Shown here: positions 30,388 to 39,227 of the stretch, one piece after another
Layout: each line of letters starts with the position of its first letter
Position numbering within the stretch: position 1 is the stretch's first letter
Source of the DNA: Candidatus Limnocylindria bacterium
Lineage (GTDB): Bacteria > Chloroflexota > Limnocylindria > QHBO01
Direction of reading: 5' to 3'
Assembly: GCA_038233215.1 (NCBI GenBank)
Contig: JBBSML010000004.1
Span: 11,899 to 75,898 of the forward strand
DNA length: 64,000 bases
Notes under the pieces: generated by a model
Database searches by the model: none
What the model was told of the DNA's origin: nothing
Seen by the model: the letters and a program-made list of their open reading frames with translations, nothing else
Translations under genes and position numbers: made by a program

Positions 30388-31341
30388 TCAGGCCGAGAAG
30401 ATGCGTCCCATGAGCCGCACGTGATCGAGGTCACGGGGCAGGAAGTCCTGCAGCATGATGCGTTGTGTTCCCTCCCGCTCAAACATCGTCACTCGTTGGC
30501 GAGCCTCGTCTGGCGTGCCCATGATCCAGCGTTGGCGTCGTTCTGCAAGCCATGCGTTGGCATCGGCGTCGCCTTGCCCCAGCGCGGTCATCAGGTCCGA
30601 GACGCGGGTTCGCAGATCGTCCTCTGTCTCCGCTACCAGGACCCCTGTCATGGCGGAGTAGACAAGCTCATCTGGGTCTCGTCCGACGACCTCGCATGCC
30701 GCGCGTACACGCCCGTACGCGGCCGGAACGGCGTCGGGCGATGCCGAAATGAGGTTGAACTCGTCGGCGTAGTGCGCGACGAGCTCGGACATCCGTGGCA
30801 GACCCTTACCGCCCAGGATGACATGGGGATGTCGGCGGCCCGCCCGTGCGATCTCTCCATGCTGCTTGGAGCCCCGAACTTGCCAGTGGTCACCTGAAAA
30901 CGACCAGCCGTCGTCCTCGGTCCACAGGCCGTGGAGGATGGCGAGCTCTTCGGCGAGCATGTCATAACGCTCGCCGAGTGACGGAAACGGAATACCGAGC
31001 TGGGCGTGCTCGTCCTCGTTCCAGCCGGCTCCCAAGCCCGCCTCGATCCGTCCGCCGCTCATCTCGTCGACCGTCTGGATGACTTTGGCCAGGCTCCCGG
31101 GGATCCGAAACGTCACCGGGGACACAAGGGTGCCGAGCCGGATCGACGTCGTCTCGCGCGCGAGGCCGGCGAGGGTCGCCCAGGCGTCGGTCGTCGGCAG
31201 TCCCGATTCCCCCGGAAAGCTGGCGTAATGGTCCGATCGAAAGAATGCCTCGAGCCCCGCATCCTCTGCCGTCCGGGCCAGAGCCAGGATCTCGTCGTAG
31301 CTGATCCCCTGCTGGGGCTCGGTCATCAGGGCGTAGCGCAT
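30388..31341 (-). CDS. LLM-class (probably F420-dependent) oxidoreductase
   Basis: EPQQG, FFRSDHY, DAWATLAGLARET..IRLGTLVSPVTFR, GLGAGW.EDEH. Confidence 0.88.
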   Translation of the reverse strand: MRYALMTEPQQGISYDEILALARTAEDAGLEAFFRSDHYASFPGESGLPTTDAWATLAGLARETTSIRLGTLVSPVTFRIPGSLAKVIQTVDEMSGGRIEAGLGAGWNEDEHAQLGIPFPSLGERYDMLAEELAILHGLWTEDDGWSFSGDHWQVRGSKQHGEIARAGRRHPHVILGGKGLPRMSELVAHYADEFNLISASPDAVPAAYGRVRAACEVVGRDPDELVYSAMTGVLVAETEDDLRTRVSDLMTALGQGDADANAWLAERRQRWIMGTPDEARQRVTMFEREGTQRIMLQDFLPRDLDHVRLMGRIFSA

Positions 31342-31352
31342 GGCCGGCAAGC

Positions 31353-31904
31353 CTACTGCTCCTGTAGCTCGATGGGCAAATCCGCCAGGCGCATGGTGCC
31401 TCGTATCGTCTCGGGGTCGAAGCCGCGACGGGCGAGATACATGCCGATCCGCTGGCGGGCCCGGGGTTCATCGGGCAGCGGACGCCCCTTGAGGTGGCGC
31501 GCCAACGCCTGGAACGCGCGCTCTTCCTCGGTCCCGGGCAAGGACTCGTCCTCCGGGGCGCGCTGAGGACGGACGTGCTCCACGCGGTACGCCTCGATCA
31601 CGTCGCGTTCCACTCCGTGCTGCCTGAGCTCCACCTCGAGGGCCCGACGCCCGCGTGGGTCATGGCGATCGCGCTGCTCGGCCCACCAGCGAGCAAAGGC
31701 GGCGTCGTCCACGTAGCCCAGCTCCGCCAGCCGGCTGAGCGTCACTTCGATGTCCGGCTCCCCGACCCCGGCACGACGCAGGCGCCGATCAAGCTCCCAC
31801 CGCGTCCGTGGCCGCGTTGCGAGAAAGCGAACGGCAGTCTCCATTGCCGCGGACGCATTGGGGGTCTCGGTGGGATCGCGCCGTCGGGAGCCCAGTCCGG
31901 GCAT
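31353..31904 (-). CDS. recX: Regulatory protein RecX
   Basis: FLATRPRTRWEL, LGYVDDAAFA, ELRQHGV, YLARRGF; downstream of recA. Confidence 0.9.
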   Translation of the reverse strand: MPGLGSRRRDPTETPNASAAMETAVRFLATRPRTRWELDRRLRRAGVGEPDIEVTLSRLAELGYVDDAAFARWWAEQRDRHDPRGRRALEVELRQHGVERDVIEAYRVEHVRPQRAPEDESLPGTEEERAFQALARHLKGRPLPDEPRARQRIGMYLARRGFDPETIRGTMRLADLPIELQEQ

Positions 31905-31913
31905 GGCTCGTGT

Positions 31914-32975
31914 CTACTCCGCCTCGCTGATGCCGTCGACGCCGACCTCGATGCTGGCCACTCGACCGCGAATCTCGTCATCGATGCGCTTGGCGATCTC
32001 CGGATTGGTTTTCAGGAACTCGCGCGAGTTCTCGCGACCCTGACCGAGACGCACATCCCCGTAGTTGAACCACGCACCGGTCTTGGAGAGGACGCCGGCC
32101 GCGATTCCGACGTCGAGCAATCCTCCCTCGACGCTGATGCCCTCGTTGTACATGATGTCGAACTCGGCAACGCGGAAGGGGCTTGCGACCTTGTTCTTGA
32201 CCACCTTGACGCGGGTTCGGGAACCGACCGCATCGGTCCCTGACTTGAGGGTCTCGATCCGACGGATGTCCATCCGTACGCTGGCGTAGAACTTGAGGGC
32301 ACGGCCGCCGGGCGTTGTCTCGGGGTTACCGAACATGACGCCGATCTTCTCGCGCAACTGGTTCGTGAAGACAAGCGCCGTGTTGCTGCGATTGATGGCA
32401 CCGGTCAGCTTGCGCAGCGCCTGGCTCATGAGCCGCGCCTGGAGTCCCATGTGGCTATCGCCCATGTCTCCCTCGATCTCGGCGCGCGGCACCAGGGCTG
32501 CGACCGAATCGACGATCACGACGTCCACGCCGTTGGACCGAATAAGCGTTTCGGCGATTTCGAGCGCCTGCTCTCCGGTGTCGGGCTGGCTGACGAGCAG
32601 CTCATCAACGTCCACGCCGACATTGCGCGCGTAGCCGGGATCGAGTGCATGCTCCGCGTCGATGAACGCCACGATGCCGCCCATCCGCTGGGCATTGCCG
32701 GCCACGTGGTAGCAGAGCGTCGTTTTGCCGCTCGACTCGGGGCCGTAGATCTCGGTGATTCGACCGCGCGGCACGCCACCCACGCCGAGTGCAAGGTCCA
32801 GCGCGACCGATCCGGTCGGGATGGCTTCGACGTTCTGCGCGGCACGATCGCCGAGACGCATGATCGACCCGCGGCCGAACTGCTTCTCGATCTGGAGGAT
32901 GGCGGCATCCACCGCCCGCCCGCGTTCGCCGTTCTTCTCTACCGGAACCTGGGCAATCGCCACCGGTGCATCCAT
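31914..32975 (-). CDS. recA: Recombinase RecA
   Basis: [37 protein letters not shown]. Confidence 0.99.
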   Translation of the reverse strand: MDAPVAIAQVPVEKNGERGRAVDAAILQIEKQFGRGSIMRLGDRAAQNVEAIPTGSVALDLALGVGGVPRGRITEIYGPESSGKTTLCYHVAGNAQRMGGIVAFIDAEHALDPGYARNVGVDVDELLVSQPDTGEQALEIAETLIRSNGVDVVIVDSVAALVPRAEIEGDMGDSHMGLQARLMSQALRKLTGAINRSNTALVFTNQLREKIGVMFGNPETTPGGRALKFYASVRMDIRRIETLKSGTDAVGSRTRVKVVKNKVASPFRVAEFDIMYNEGISVEGGLLDVGIAAGVLSKTGAWFNYGDVRLGQGRENSREFLKTNPEIAKRIDDEIRGRVASIEVGVDGISEAE

Positions 32976-33023
32976 CTGTCGTTCCGCTCCTGAATCATTG
33001 TGTTGGGTCCCGGCGGCGCTGGT

Positions 33024-33182
33024 TCACTCGTCGTCGCTGGGCGTGCGCTCCTTGCGCCTGGGCTTGATCACTTCGACCGATGCCGGCGGCTCATACGTGG
33101 ATGCCATCGGCGGGAGCTTCGGCGCCTTTTCCTTTGCCTTGCGCTTCGGCTCCTTCTTTGGTCGATCTCGGCCCTTTGCCAT
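33024..33182 (-). CDS. Small Lys-rich protein upstream of recA (52 aa)
   Basis: GGAGG SD 8 nt before ATG; MAKGRDRPKKEPKRKAKEKAP...VEVIKPRRKERTPSDDE. Confidence 0.7.
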   Translation of the reverse strand: MAKGRDRPKKEPKRKAKEKAPKLPPMASTYEPPASVEVIKPRRKERTPSDDE

Positions 33183-33384
33183 CGCTCGAACCTCCCAGAT
33201 GTGTGGACCGACCGAGCTGCGCCATCCTGCACCACCGGCCCTTACCAACCACTTACCCGGCGCTTACCGGCACCGTTGCGGTCGATTCTACCCTTGGCCG
33301 CGACAGCTCTGGCGTCGCGAATCACCTCATTCTACACCGGTGTCATACGATGTCATACAGCCGCGCGGGCCTTGACGCCCTCGG

Positions 33385-33405
33385 TAGCCCCGCCGGGCGG
33401 GGCTA
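33385..33405. terminator. GC-rich hairpin downstream of tgt
   Basis: TAGCCCCGC-CGG-GCGGGGCTA; no clear U-tract. Confidence 0.4.
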
Positions 33406-33543
33406 ATGCCCATCGGACGAGGCAAGGGTCCGAGCTCAGGTGCGATCTGACCCGCGCCACGGTGGGATGACCACGGAGCTGCGTCTCGATCGCCGTTAGC
33501 CCCGTGGTGCGGGTCGCGGGGTGATCGCGAGGCTCGCTCCGGC

Positions 33544-34671
33544 TCAGACGGTTCTGCGAAAGCCTGCAGCGATCATCCGGCGAAGCTCGCTGAACGATCC
33601 TTCGGCCAAGGACGATCGCACGCGTCGCAGGAGGGCAAGCGTCCACGTCACGTTATGGACCGTGGCCAATCGATACGCCAGCAGCTCCCGGGTACGGAAC
33701 AAGTGCGCCAGGTAGGCGCGCGAGTGGTTGCGACACGCCTCGCAGACGCAGGCAGCGTCGATGGGGCCATCGTCATCCTGCATCGCCGAGTTCCTGAGGT
33801 TCAGACGTCCTGCATCGGTCCATACCTGGCCCGTACGAGCCACCCGGGTGGGAAGGACGCAGTCAAAAAGGTCGATTCCGCGCTCCACCGCCGTGAAGAA
33901 ATCGACGGGCGAGCCGACGCCCATCAGATACCGAGGGCGCGAGTCATCACCCAGCCCATCCGCAACCACGTCCAGCGTGGCGGCCATCTCGGCCTTCGAC
34001 TCTCCCACAGATAGTCCGCCGACGGCGATCCCGTCGAATGGCAGCGCGCCAATGGCCGCCACGGATGCCCGGCGCAGCTCGGCATCCACGCCACCCTGGA
34101 TGATGCCGAACACCGCCTGATCTGGGCGGGCCCGCGCGGCCAACGATCGCTCCGCCCACCGGTGCGTACGTTCCATCGCGTCCGCAACCTGCGCGCGCGG
34201 GAGCACAGGGTCGACGAGCTGGTCGAAGGCCATCGCGATGTCCGATCCGAGGAGCGCCTGGATCTCCATCGCGCGCTCAGGCGTGAGCCGGTGCGTCGAG
34301 CCATCGAGAGGCGACGTGAAGGTCACGCCGTCATCATCGACACGCCGCAGATCGGCCAGGCTGAAGACCTGAAATCCGCCGGAATCGGTTAGGATCGGTC
34401 CGTCCCAGGCCATGAATCGATGCAGGCCCCCCAGCCGCGCGATCCGCTCGGCGGTCGGCCGCAGGTTGAGGTGATAGGTATTTCCGAGGATCATCTGCGC
34501 GCCGGCTGCGTGCAGATCACCCGGCGTCAGGGCCTTGACGCTGGCCTGCGTGCCGACCGGCATGAATTCCGGAGTTTCGATCACGCCGTGCGGCGTCTCG
34601 ATTCGGCCCAGCCGGGCGCGGCCGACACTGGTCGGCTCGAATGTGTAAACGATCGGGGCGGACGGTGACAC
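33544..34671 (-). CDS. tgt: tRNA-guanine transglycosylase
   Basis: FMPVGT, NTYHL, DSGGFQV, GIIQGG, YLMGVG, FDCVLPTR, zinc site CVCEAC...H. Confidence 0.96.
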   Translation of the reverse strand: MSPSAPIVYTFEPTSVGRARLGRIETPHGVIETPEFMPVGTQASVKALTPGDLHAAGAQMILGNTYHLNLRPTAERIARLGGLHRFMAWDGPILTDSGGFQVFSLADLRRVDDDGVTFTSPLDGSTHRLTPERAMEIQALLGSDIAMAFDQLVDPVLPRAQVADAMERTHRWAERSLAARARPDQAVFGIIQGGVDAELRRASVAAIGALPFDGIAVGGLSVGESKAEMAATLDVVADGLGDDSRPRYLMGVGSPVDFFTAVERGIDLFDCVLPTRVARTGQVWTDAGRLNLRNSAMQDDDGPIDAACVCEACRNHSRAYLAHLFRTRELLAYRLATVHNVTWTLALLRRVRSSLAEGSFSELRRMIAAGFRRTV

Positions 34672-34717
34672 CGCCGGAGAGGATAGGCTACGCACACCAC
34701 GGAGAGGTGATTGTCGC

Positions 34718-35404
34718 GTGCGATTGAACGAATGGCCGCGGATGCCGTTCCTGAACGACGAAGTGAAGGAATGGATCGCGATCGAGCTGAAGAGCCTCGG
34801 CGTCGAGGATCTGGCGGTGTATGCCCTGGAGGCGGGCACCGAGGGCGATGAGCGTCGGGTGATGGTGGCCACCGAGGTCGGCCTTCTCGATCATCGGTAT
34901 GCCCCGTTCGGATCGTCGGCCCGATACCGGCTGGCGATGCTCATGTACCCATGGCAGGTCCTGCGCGGCGTCGAGCTTCGCGCCGATACCTTCCGCCTCT
35001 GGGCGCGCGAACACCGCACGCGATGGTCATTCCGCCTGCATCACCCGCATTTCGAAGCAGCCACCGAATCCGCGGATCTTGGGCAGGCGCTCTGCGATCT
35101 CGCGCGCGTGTGCGCCGTGATGGCCGAGCCATTCGGCGTCCCGGCCGGACGGGTGTCAAGCGACGTGCCGGGCGTCATTCCGGGCGGGCCGCGGCCGCTC
35201 CCCGCCACGGAAGACCCCGAACAGCGTCGCCCAGCTCCACCCGCCAATGTCGGGGCGGAGTCGAATGGAGGACCGCCCGCTCAAGAGGAGGCTAAGGCCG
35301 AGCCCGAGGTGAAAGCCGTGCCGATCGACACGGGCGAAGAGGTCATCGGCCTCTCGGACGAAGAACGGGAAGCCGTCCCGACCCGCTCCGACGGCCAGGC
35401 CTGA
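34718..35404 (+). CDS. Hypothetical protein (globular N-part, Pro/acidic tail); start uncertain
   Basis: Long ORF filling the tgt-queA gap on the opposite strand; GGAGAGG upstream. Confidence 0.6.
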   Translation: MRLNEWPRMPFLNDEVKEWIAIELKSLGVEDLAVYALEAGTEGDERRVMVATEVGLLDHRYAPFGSSARYRLAMLMYPWQVLRGVELRADTFRLWAREHRTRWSFRLHHPHFEAATESADLGQALCDLARVCAVMAEPFGVPAGRVSSDVPGVIPGGPRPLPATEDPEQRRPAPPANVGAESNGGPPAQEEAKAEPEVKAVPIDTGEEVIGLSDEEREAVPTRSDGQA

Positions 35405-35451
35405 CGGACTTCGCGGTGATTCCGTTCATGAGCGGCATGAGCTGACGAGGA

Positions 35452-36510
35452 TCAGACAATCAGCATCGCGTCCCCGAAGCTGAAAAACCGATACCCCGCT
35501 TCGAGCGCGGCTCGATACGCGCCGAAGAGCGCATCACGCGCCTCAAATGCGTCGGCCTCGCCCATGCCTTCCTGCACGAACGCGGTAACGAGCAGGAGCA
35601 GCGAGCTGCGAGGCAGGTGAAAGTTGGTGATGAGCGCATCGACCGAACCGAATGGGTAAGGCGGCGTGATGTAGAGATCGGTCCAGCCGGAGGCTGCCTC
35701 GGTCCGCGCAGCCGTCTCGAGCACACGGACCGCCGTCGTGCCAACCGCAATGACGCGGTTGCCGGACGCGCGTGTCGTAGCGATTGTCCGGCGAGTCTCG
35801 GCTGGGATCTCGAACCACTCGCGATGGATCAGGTGCTGGTCGGTGAACTCGCTCTCGAGCGGACGGAACGTGTCGAGTCCGACATGCAGCGTGACCGAGG
35901 CGAGGGCCACACCCCGCGACACGAGAGACGCCAACAGCTCAGGCGTAAAATGCAAGCCGGCGGTGGGCGCCGCCGCGGAGCCGGGCGGGCTCGCATAGAC
36001 GGTCTGATATCGATCCGCCGGCGCCGTTCGATCGTGAATGTACGGTGGGAGCGGCATTTCGCCGGCGGCGGCCATGATGGAGGCCGGGTCGCCATCGAAG
36101 CGAACCACGCGAGCCCCGCCGCCAAGGCGTTCGCCCACCTCGACCTGCTCGCCCGTCCGCAGGGTTAGCCGATCCCCTTCCGCGATCCGTCGCGACGGGC
36201 GCACCAAGGCCTCCCATCGGACGGGACCCCCTGCCAGAGGTCGCAGGAGAAGGACCTCGGCCAAACCGCCGCTGGAGCGTCGGGCCGAGAGCCTGGCGGG
36301 AATGACACGTGAGTCGTTCACGACCAGCAGGTCGCCGGGCTCCAACAAGTCGCCGATGTCGCGAAACTTCAGATGTTGAACGTCTCCCGGGCGCGATCGG
36401 TCCATGACCAGCAGGCCAGAGGCGTCGCGAGGCTCGGCGGGTATCTGGGCGATGGCGTCGGCGGGTAGCTCGTACGAGAAATCATCGACGCGCAGCCGCG
36501 GACCACTCAC
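35452..36510 (-). CDS. queA: S-adenosylmethionine:tRNA ribosyltransferase-isomerase
   Basis: FSYELP..IAQ.P, NDSRVIPARL, PLPPYI, AAPTAGLHF, TNFHLPRSSL, YRFFSFGDAM. Confidence 0.97.
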   Translation of the reverse strand: MSGPRLRVDDFSYELPADAIAQIPAEPRDASGLLVMDRSRPGDVQHLKFRDIGDLLEPGDLLVVNDSRVIPARLSARRSSGGLAEVLLLRPLAGGPVRWEALVRPSRRIAEGDRLTLRTGEQVEVGERLGGGARVVRFDGDPASIMAAAGEMPLPPYIHDRTAPADRYQTVYASPPGSAAAPTAGLHFTPELLASLVSRGVALASVTLHVGLDTFRPLESEFTDQHLIHREWFEIPAETRRTIATTRASGNRVIAVGTTAVRVLETAARTEAASGWTDLYITPPYPFGSVDALITNFHLPRSSLLLLVTAFVQEGMGEADAFEARDALFGAYRAALEAGYRFFSFGDAMLIV

Positions 36511-36522
36511 CACGCAAGCGTA

Positions 36523-36551
36523 GCGCCCGGCCGGGTGATCCGACCGGGCGC
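36523..36551. terminator. Hairpin between NCS2 permease and queA
   Basis: GCGCCCGG...CCGGGCGC stem. Confidence 0.4.
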
Positions 36552-36569
36552 CATCGGCTCATCGATGGC

Positions 36570-37982
36570 TCAGGCGCTGATTCCGCCGGGGAGGAGGGCC
36601 TGAGCGAAGTAGATCAGGAAGGCGATCGCCACCAGCCACATCAACGGATGGATGGCGCCGAGCTTGCCGAGGGCAATCTTTATCAGCACCCAGATGATGA
36701 ACCCGGCGCCGATCCCGATCGTGATGCTGAACGTCAGCGGCATGAGGATCAGGGTGAGCAGCGCAGGAAAGCCTTCCTCGATGTCGCCGAAGTCGATGTC
36801 CTTGATCATCACGGCCATGAGATAGCCGACCACCACCAGGACCGGTCCGGTGGCGACGAAGGGAACCAACGTGGCCAGCGGCGAGAACAGGATCGAGATC
36901 AGGAACAGGACGCCGACGACGACCGCCGTCAGCCCGGTTCGTCCGCCTTCGGCGATCCCCGCCGCGCTTTCGATGTAGCTGGTGTTGGAGCTGATACCGG
37001 CTGCTCCACCCGCTACAGCACCGACCGAATCGACCAGCAGCAGGCGCCCGACGCCGGGAACGCGTCCATCCCGTTCGGCGAGCCCCGCCTGTTCGGCGAG
37101 GCCGGTGGCGGTGCCCATGGTGTCGAAAAAGTCGGTCAGCATGAAGCTGAAGATCGTCAGGATTGCCGCGACCAGGCCAAGGGTCGAGAAGACGTTGGTG
37201 ACGTCGAACATGCCGAGCGTCGAGAAGTCGAACGGCGAAGTCAAACTGGCAGGGACGGTCTGCACTCCGACGATGAGGGCAATGATCGAGGTGAAGACGA
37301 TGCTGAGGATCAGCGCTCCCGGCACCTTCCGCACAAAGAGGATGATCGTCACCAGCAGGCCAAGGAAGAAGACCCCGAGGTCGGGCGTGCTCGGGAACAC
37401 GAACTGCACGGGGACTGGCCCGGACGCATCGGGGGCGTTGATGATCACTCCGGCATCCACGAGGCCGATGAACAGGATAAACAGCCCGATTCCGACGCCG
37501 ATCGCTCGTTTCAGGGCCAGTGGCACGGCATACATGATCGCCTCGCGCAATCCGACGAGGACGAGCAGCAGGACAACGAGGCCCTCGATCACGATGACAC
37601 CCATCGCGCCCGCTGGCGTCAGACCCGTCGTCAGCACCAGGCCGAAGGCGACGGCGCCGTTTATGCCGAGTCCTGCGGCCAGCGCGATCGGAAAGTTGCT
37701 GACCAGGCCCATCGCGATGCTCAGCACGCCCGCCACAAGGGCGGTGGCCGCTGCCGCGGGGGCAACGAAGTCCATCACCGCCTGCTCGCCCTGCGGGATG
37801 AACATGGCCGACAGGATCGAGGGATTCAGGAACAGGATGTAGGACATGACCATGAAGGTGGCCAGGCCGGCCTTCATCTCGGTCCCGACCGTTGTTCCCC
37901 GCTCTGTGAGCTTAAAGAATGAGTCGAGTCCCCCACCGCCAGGCGTGGCTGGCTCGCTCCGTGGTGCCTCAGTTGCCGTCAC
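36570..37982 (-). CDS. NCS2/AzgA-type nucleobase (purine) permease
   Basis: AGLATFMVMSYILFLNP, DFFDTMGT, YIESAAG..EGGRTGLT, MPLTFSI; GGAGG SD before GTG 37982. Confidence 0.92.
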   Translation of the reverse strand: MTATEAPRSEPATPGGGGLDSFFKLTERGTTVGTEMKAGLATFMVMSYILFLNPSILSAMFIPQGEQAVMDFVAPAAAATALVAGVLSIAMGLVSNFPIALAAGLGINGAVAFGLVLTTGLTPAGAMGVIVIEGLVVLLLVLVGLREAIMYAVPLALKRAIGVGIGLFILFIGLVDAGVIINAPDASGPVPVQFVFPSTPDLGVFFLGLLVTIILFVRKVPGALILSIVFTSIIALIVGVQTVPASLTSPFDFSTLGMFDVTNVFSTLGLVAAILTIFSFMLTDFFDTMGTATGLAEQAGLAERDGRVPGVGRLLLVDSVGAVAGGAAGISSNTSYIESAAGIAEGGRTGLTAVVVGVLFLISILFSPLATLVPFVATGPVLVVVGYLMAVMIKDIDFGDIEEGFPALLTLILMPLTFSITIGIGAGFIIWVLIKIALGKLGAIHPLMWLVAIAFLIYFAQALLPGGISA

Positions 37983-38135
37983 TCGGGATACCCTCCGCTC
38001 CTTGGCACGCGCAGTCCGGGAGATAGGCACGCCGGGCCGGTGCCGCTGCGCAGCCTACTCCCGTGCGGGGCTCTCCGACGCCAATTTGCGCGAGGAACTC
38101 CGCCTGCCCACGTGCTGGTCGGCCGAGGTTGCACC

Positions 38136-39185
38136 CTAAGTGTCGAAGAGACCGGGTTGCGCCGATGCGCCAGCCGAGCTGGCGGGCGGCGTCAGGCCGA
38201 GGTGCTCCCAGCCACCACGCGTCAGCTGGCGGCCTCGCGACGTGCGGGCAAGCATGCCGATCTGCATCAGGTACGGCTCGACGACATCCTCGATCGTCTC
38301 GATCGGTTCACTGACGGTGGCCGCCATGGTGGCCAGGCCGACTGGTCCGCCTCCGTGGTGATCGGCCATGGCCTGGAGCAGCTGACGGTCCATGGCGTCC
38401 AGGCCACGCTCGTCAATTTCGAGCAGCCGAAGCGCATTGCCGGCCAGCGTCTCGGTGACTCCCCCGTCCCCACCCCCGCGCACCTGGGCGTAGTCGCGCA
38501 CGCGCTTGAGCAGGCGGTTCGCGATCCGCGGTGTACCGCGAGAGCGACCCGCGACCAGTCGGGCGGCATCATCGGTCAACGCCACCCCCAGGATTTCCGC
38601 CGAACGCCTGAGAATCCGTTCCAGCTCGGTCTCGGTGTAGTAGTCGAGCCGATACGTCACACCGAACCGGTCGCGCAGCGGTCCGGTGATGGAACCGACG
38701 CGAGTGGTCGCCCCGATCACCGTCAGGTGCTCGATCTGGAGCCGGACCGAGCGCGCGCCCGGCCCCTTGCCGAGCACGACGTCGAGCGCGAAATCCTCCA
38801 TGGCCGGATACAGGATCTCTTCCACGGCATGGCTGAGCCGATGAATCTCGTCGATGAACAGCACGTCACCGTTGCCGAGGGAGGTCAGCACGGCCGCGAG
38901 GTCGCCGGCGCGCTCGATGGCCGGGCCGGAGGTCGTCCGGATCTGGGCGCCCATCTCGGCGGCAACGATGTTCGCGAGCGTCGTCTTGCCCAGCCCCGGC
39001 GGCCCATACAACAGGATGTGGTCGACCGGCTCGGATCGATGCTGCGCCGCATCGATCAGGATGGCGAGGTTTTGCTTGACGCGATCCTGGCCCGCGAACT
39101 CGTCAAGCCGGCGCGGCCGGACGGTCGACTCGAGAGCAAGCTCCTCCTCAGCGATCTCCGCGGTGGCGATGCGCTCGATCGTCAT
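38136..39185 (-). CDS. ruvB: Holliday junction branch migration helicase RuvB
   Basis: [44 protein letters not shown]. Confidence 0.98.
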   Translation of the reverse strand: MTIERIATAEIAEEELALESTVRPRRLDEFAGQDRVKQNLAILIDAAQHRSEPVDHILLYGPPGLGKTTLANIVAAEMGAQIRTTSGPAIERAGDLAAVLTSLGNGDVLFIDEIHRLSHAVEEILYPAMEDFALDVVLGKGPGARSVRLQIEHLTVIGATTRVGSITGPLRDRFGVTYRLDYYTETELERILRRSAEILGVALTDDAARLVAGRSRGTPRIANRLLKRVRDYAQVRGGGDGGVTETLAGNALRLLEIDERGLDAMDRQLLQAMADHHGGGPVGLATMAATVSEPIETIEDVVEPYLMQIGMLARTSRGRQLTRGGWEHLGLTPPASSAGASAQPGLFDT

Positions 39186-39227
39186 CGGTCAGGGTTGGTC
39201 GGCGCCGAATCGAACATGTGAACGATT

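Noticed and set aside
33285-33305. PafBC-type (TGTCGG-N10-TANNNT) promoter for recA
   Set aside because: Minus strand TGTCGC-N9-TAGAAT has one mismatch and is one base short; too weak to call
37983-38135. Purine, xanthine or preQ1 riboswitch upstream of the NCS2 permease
   Set aside because: Only alternative GGCACG/CGTGCC pairings seen; no recognisable aptamer consensus; needs a covariance search
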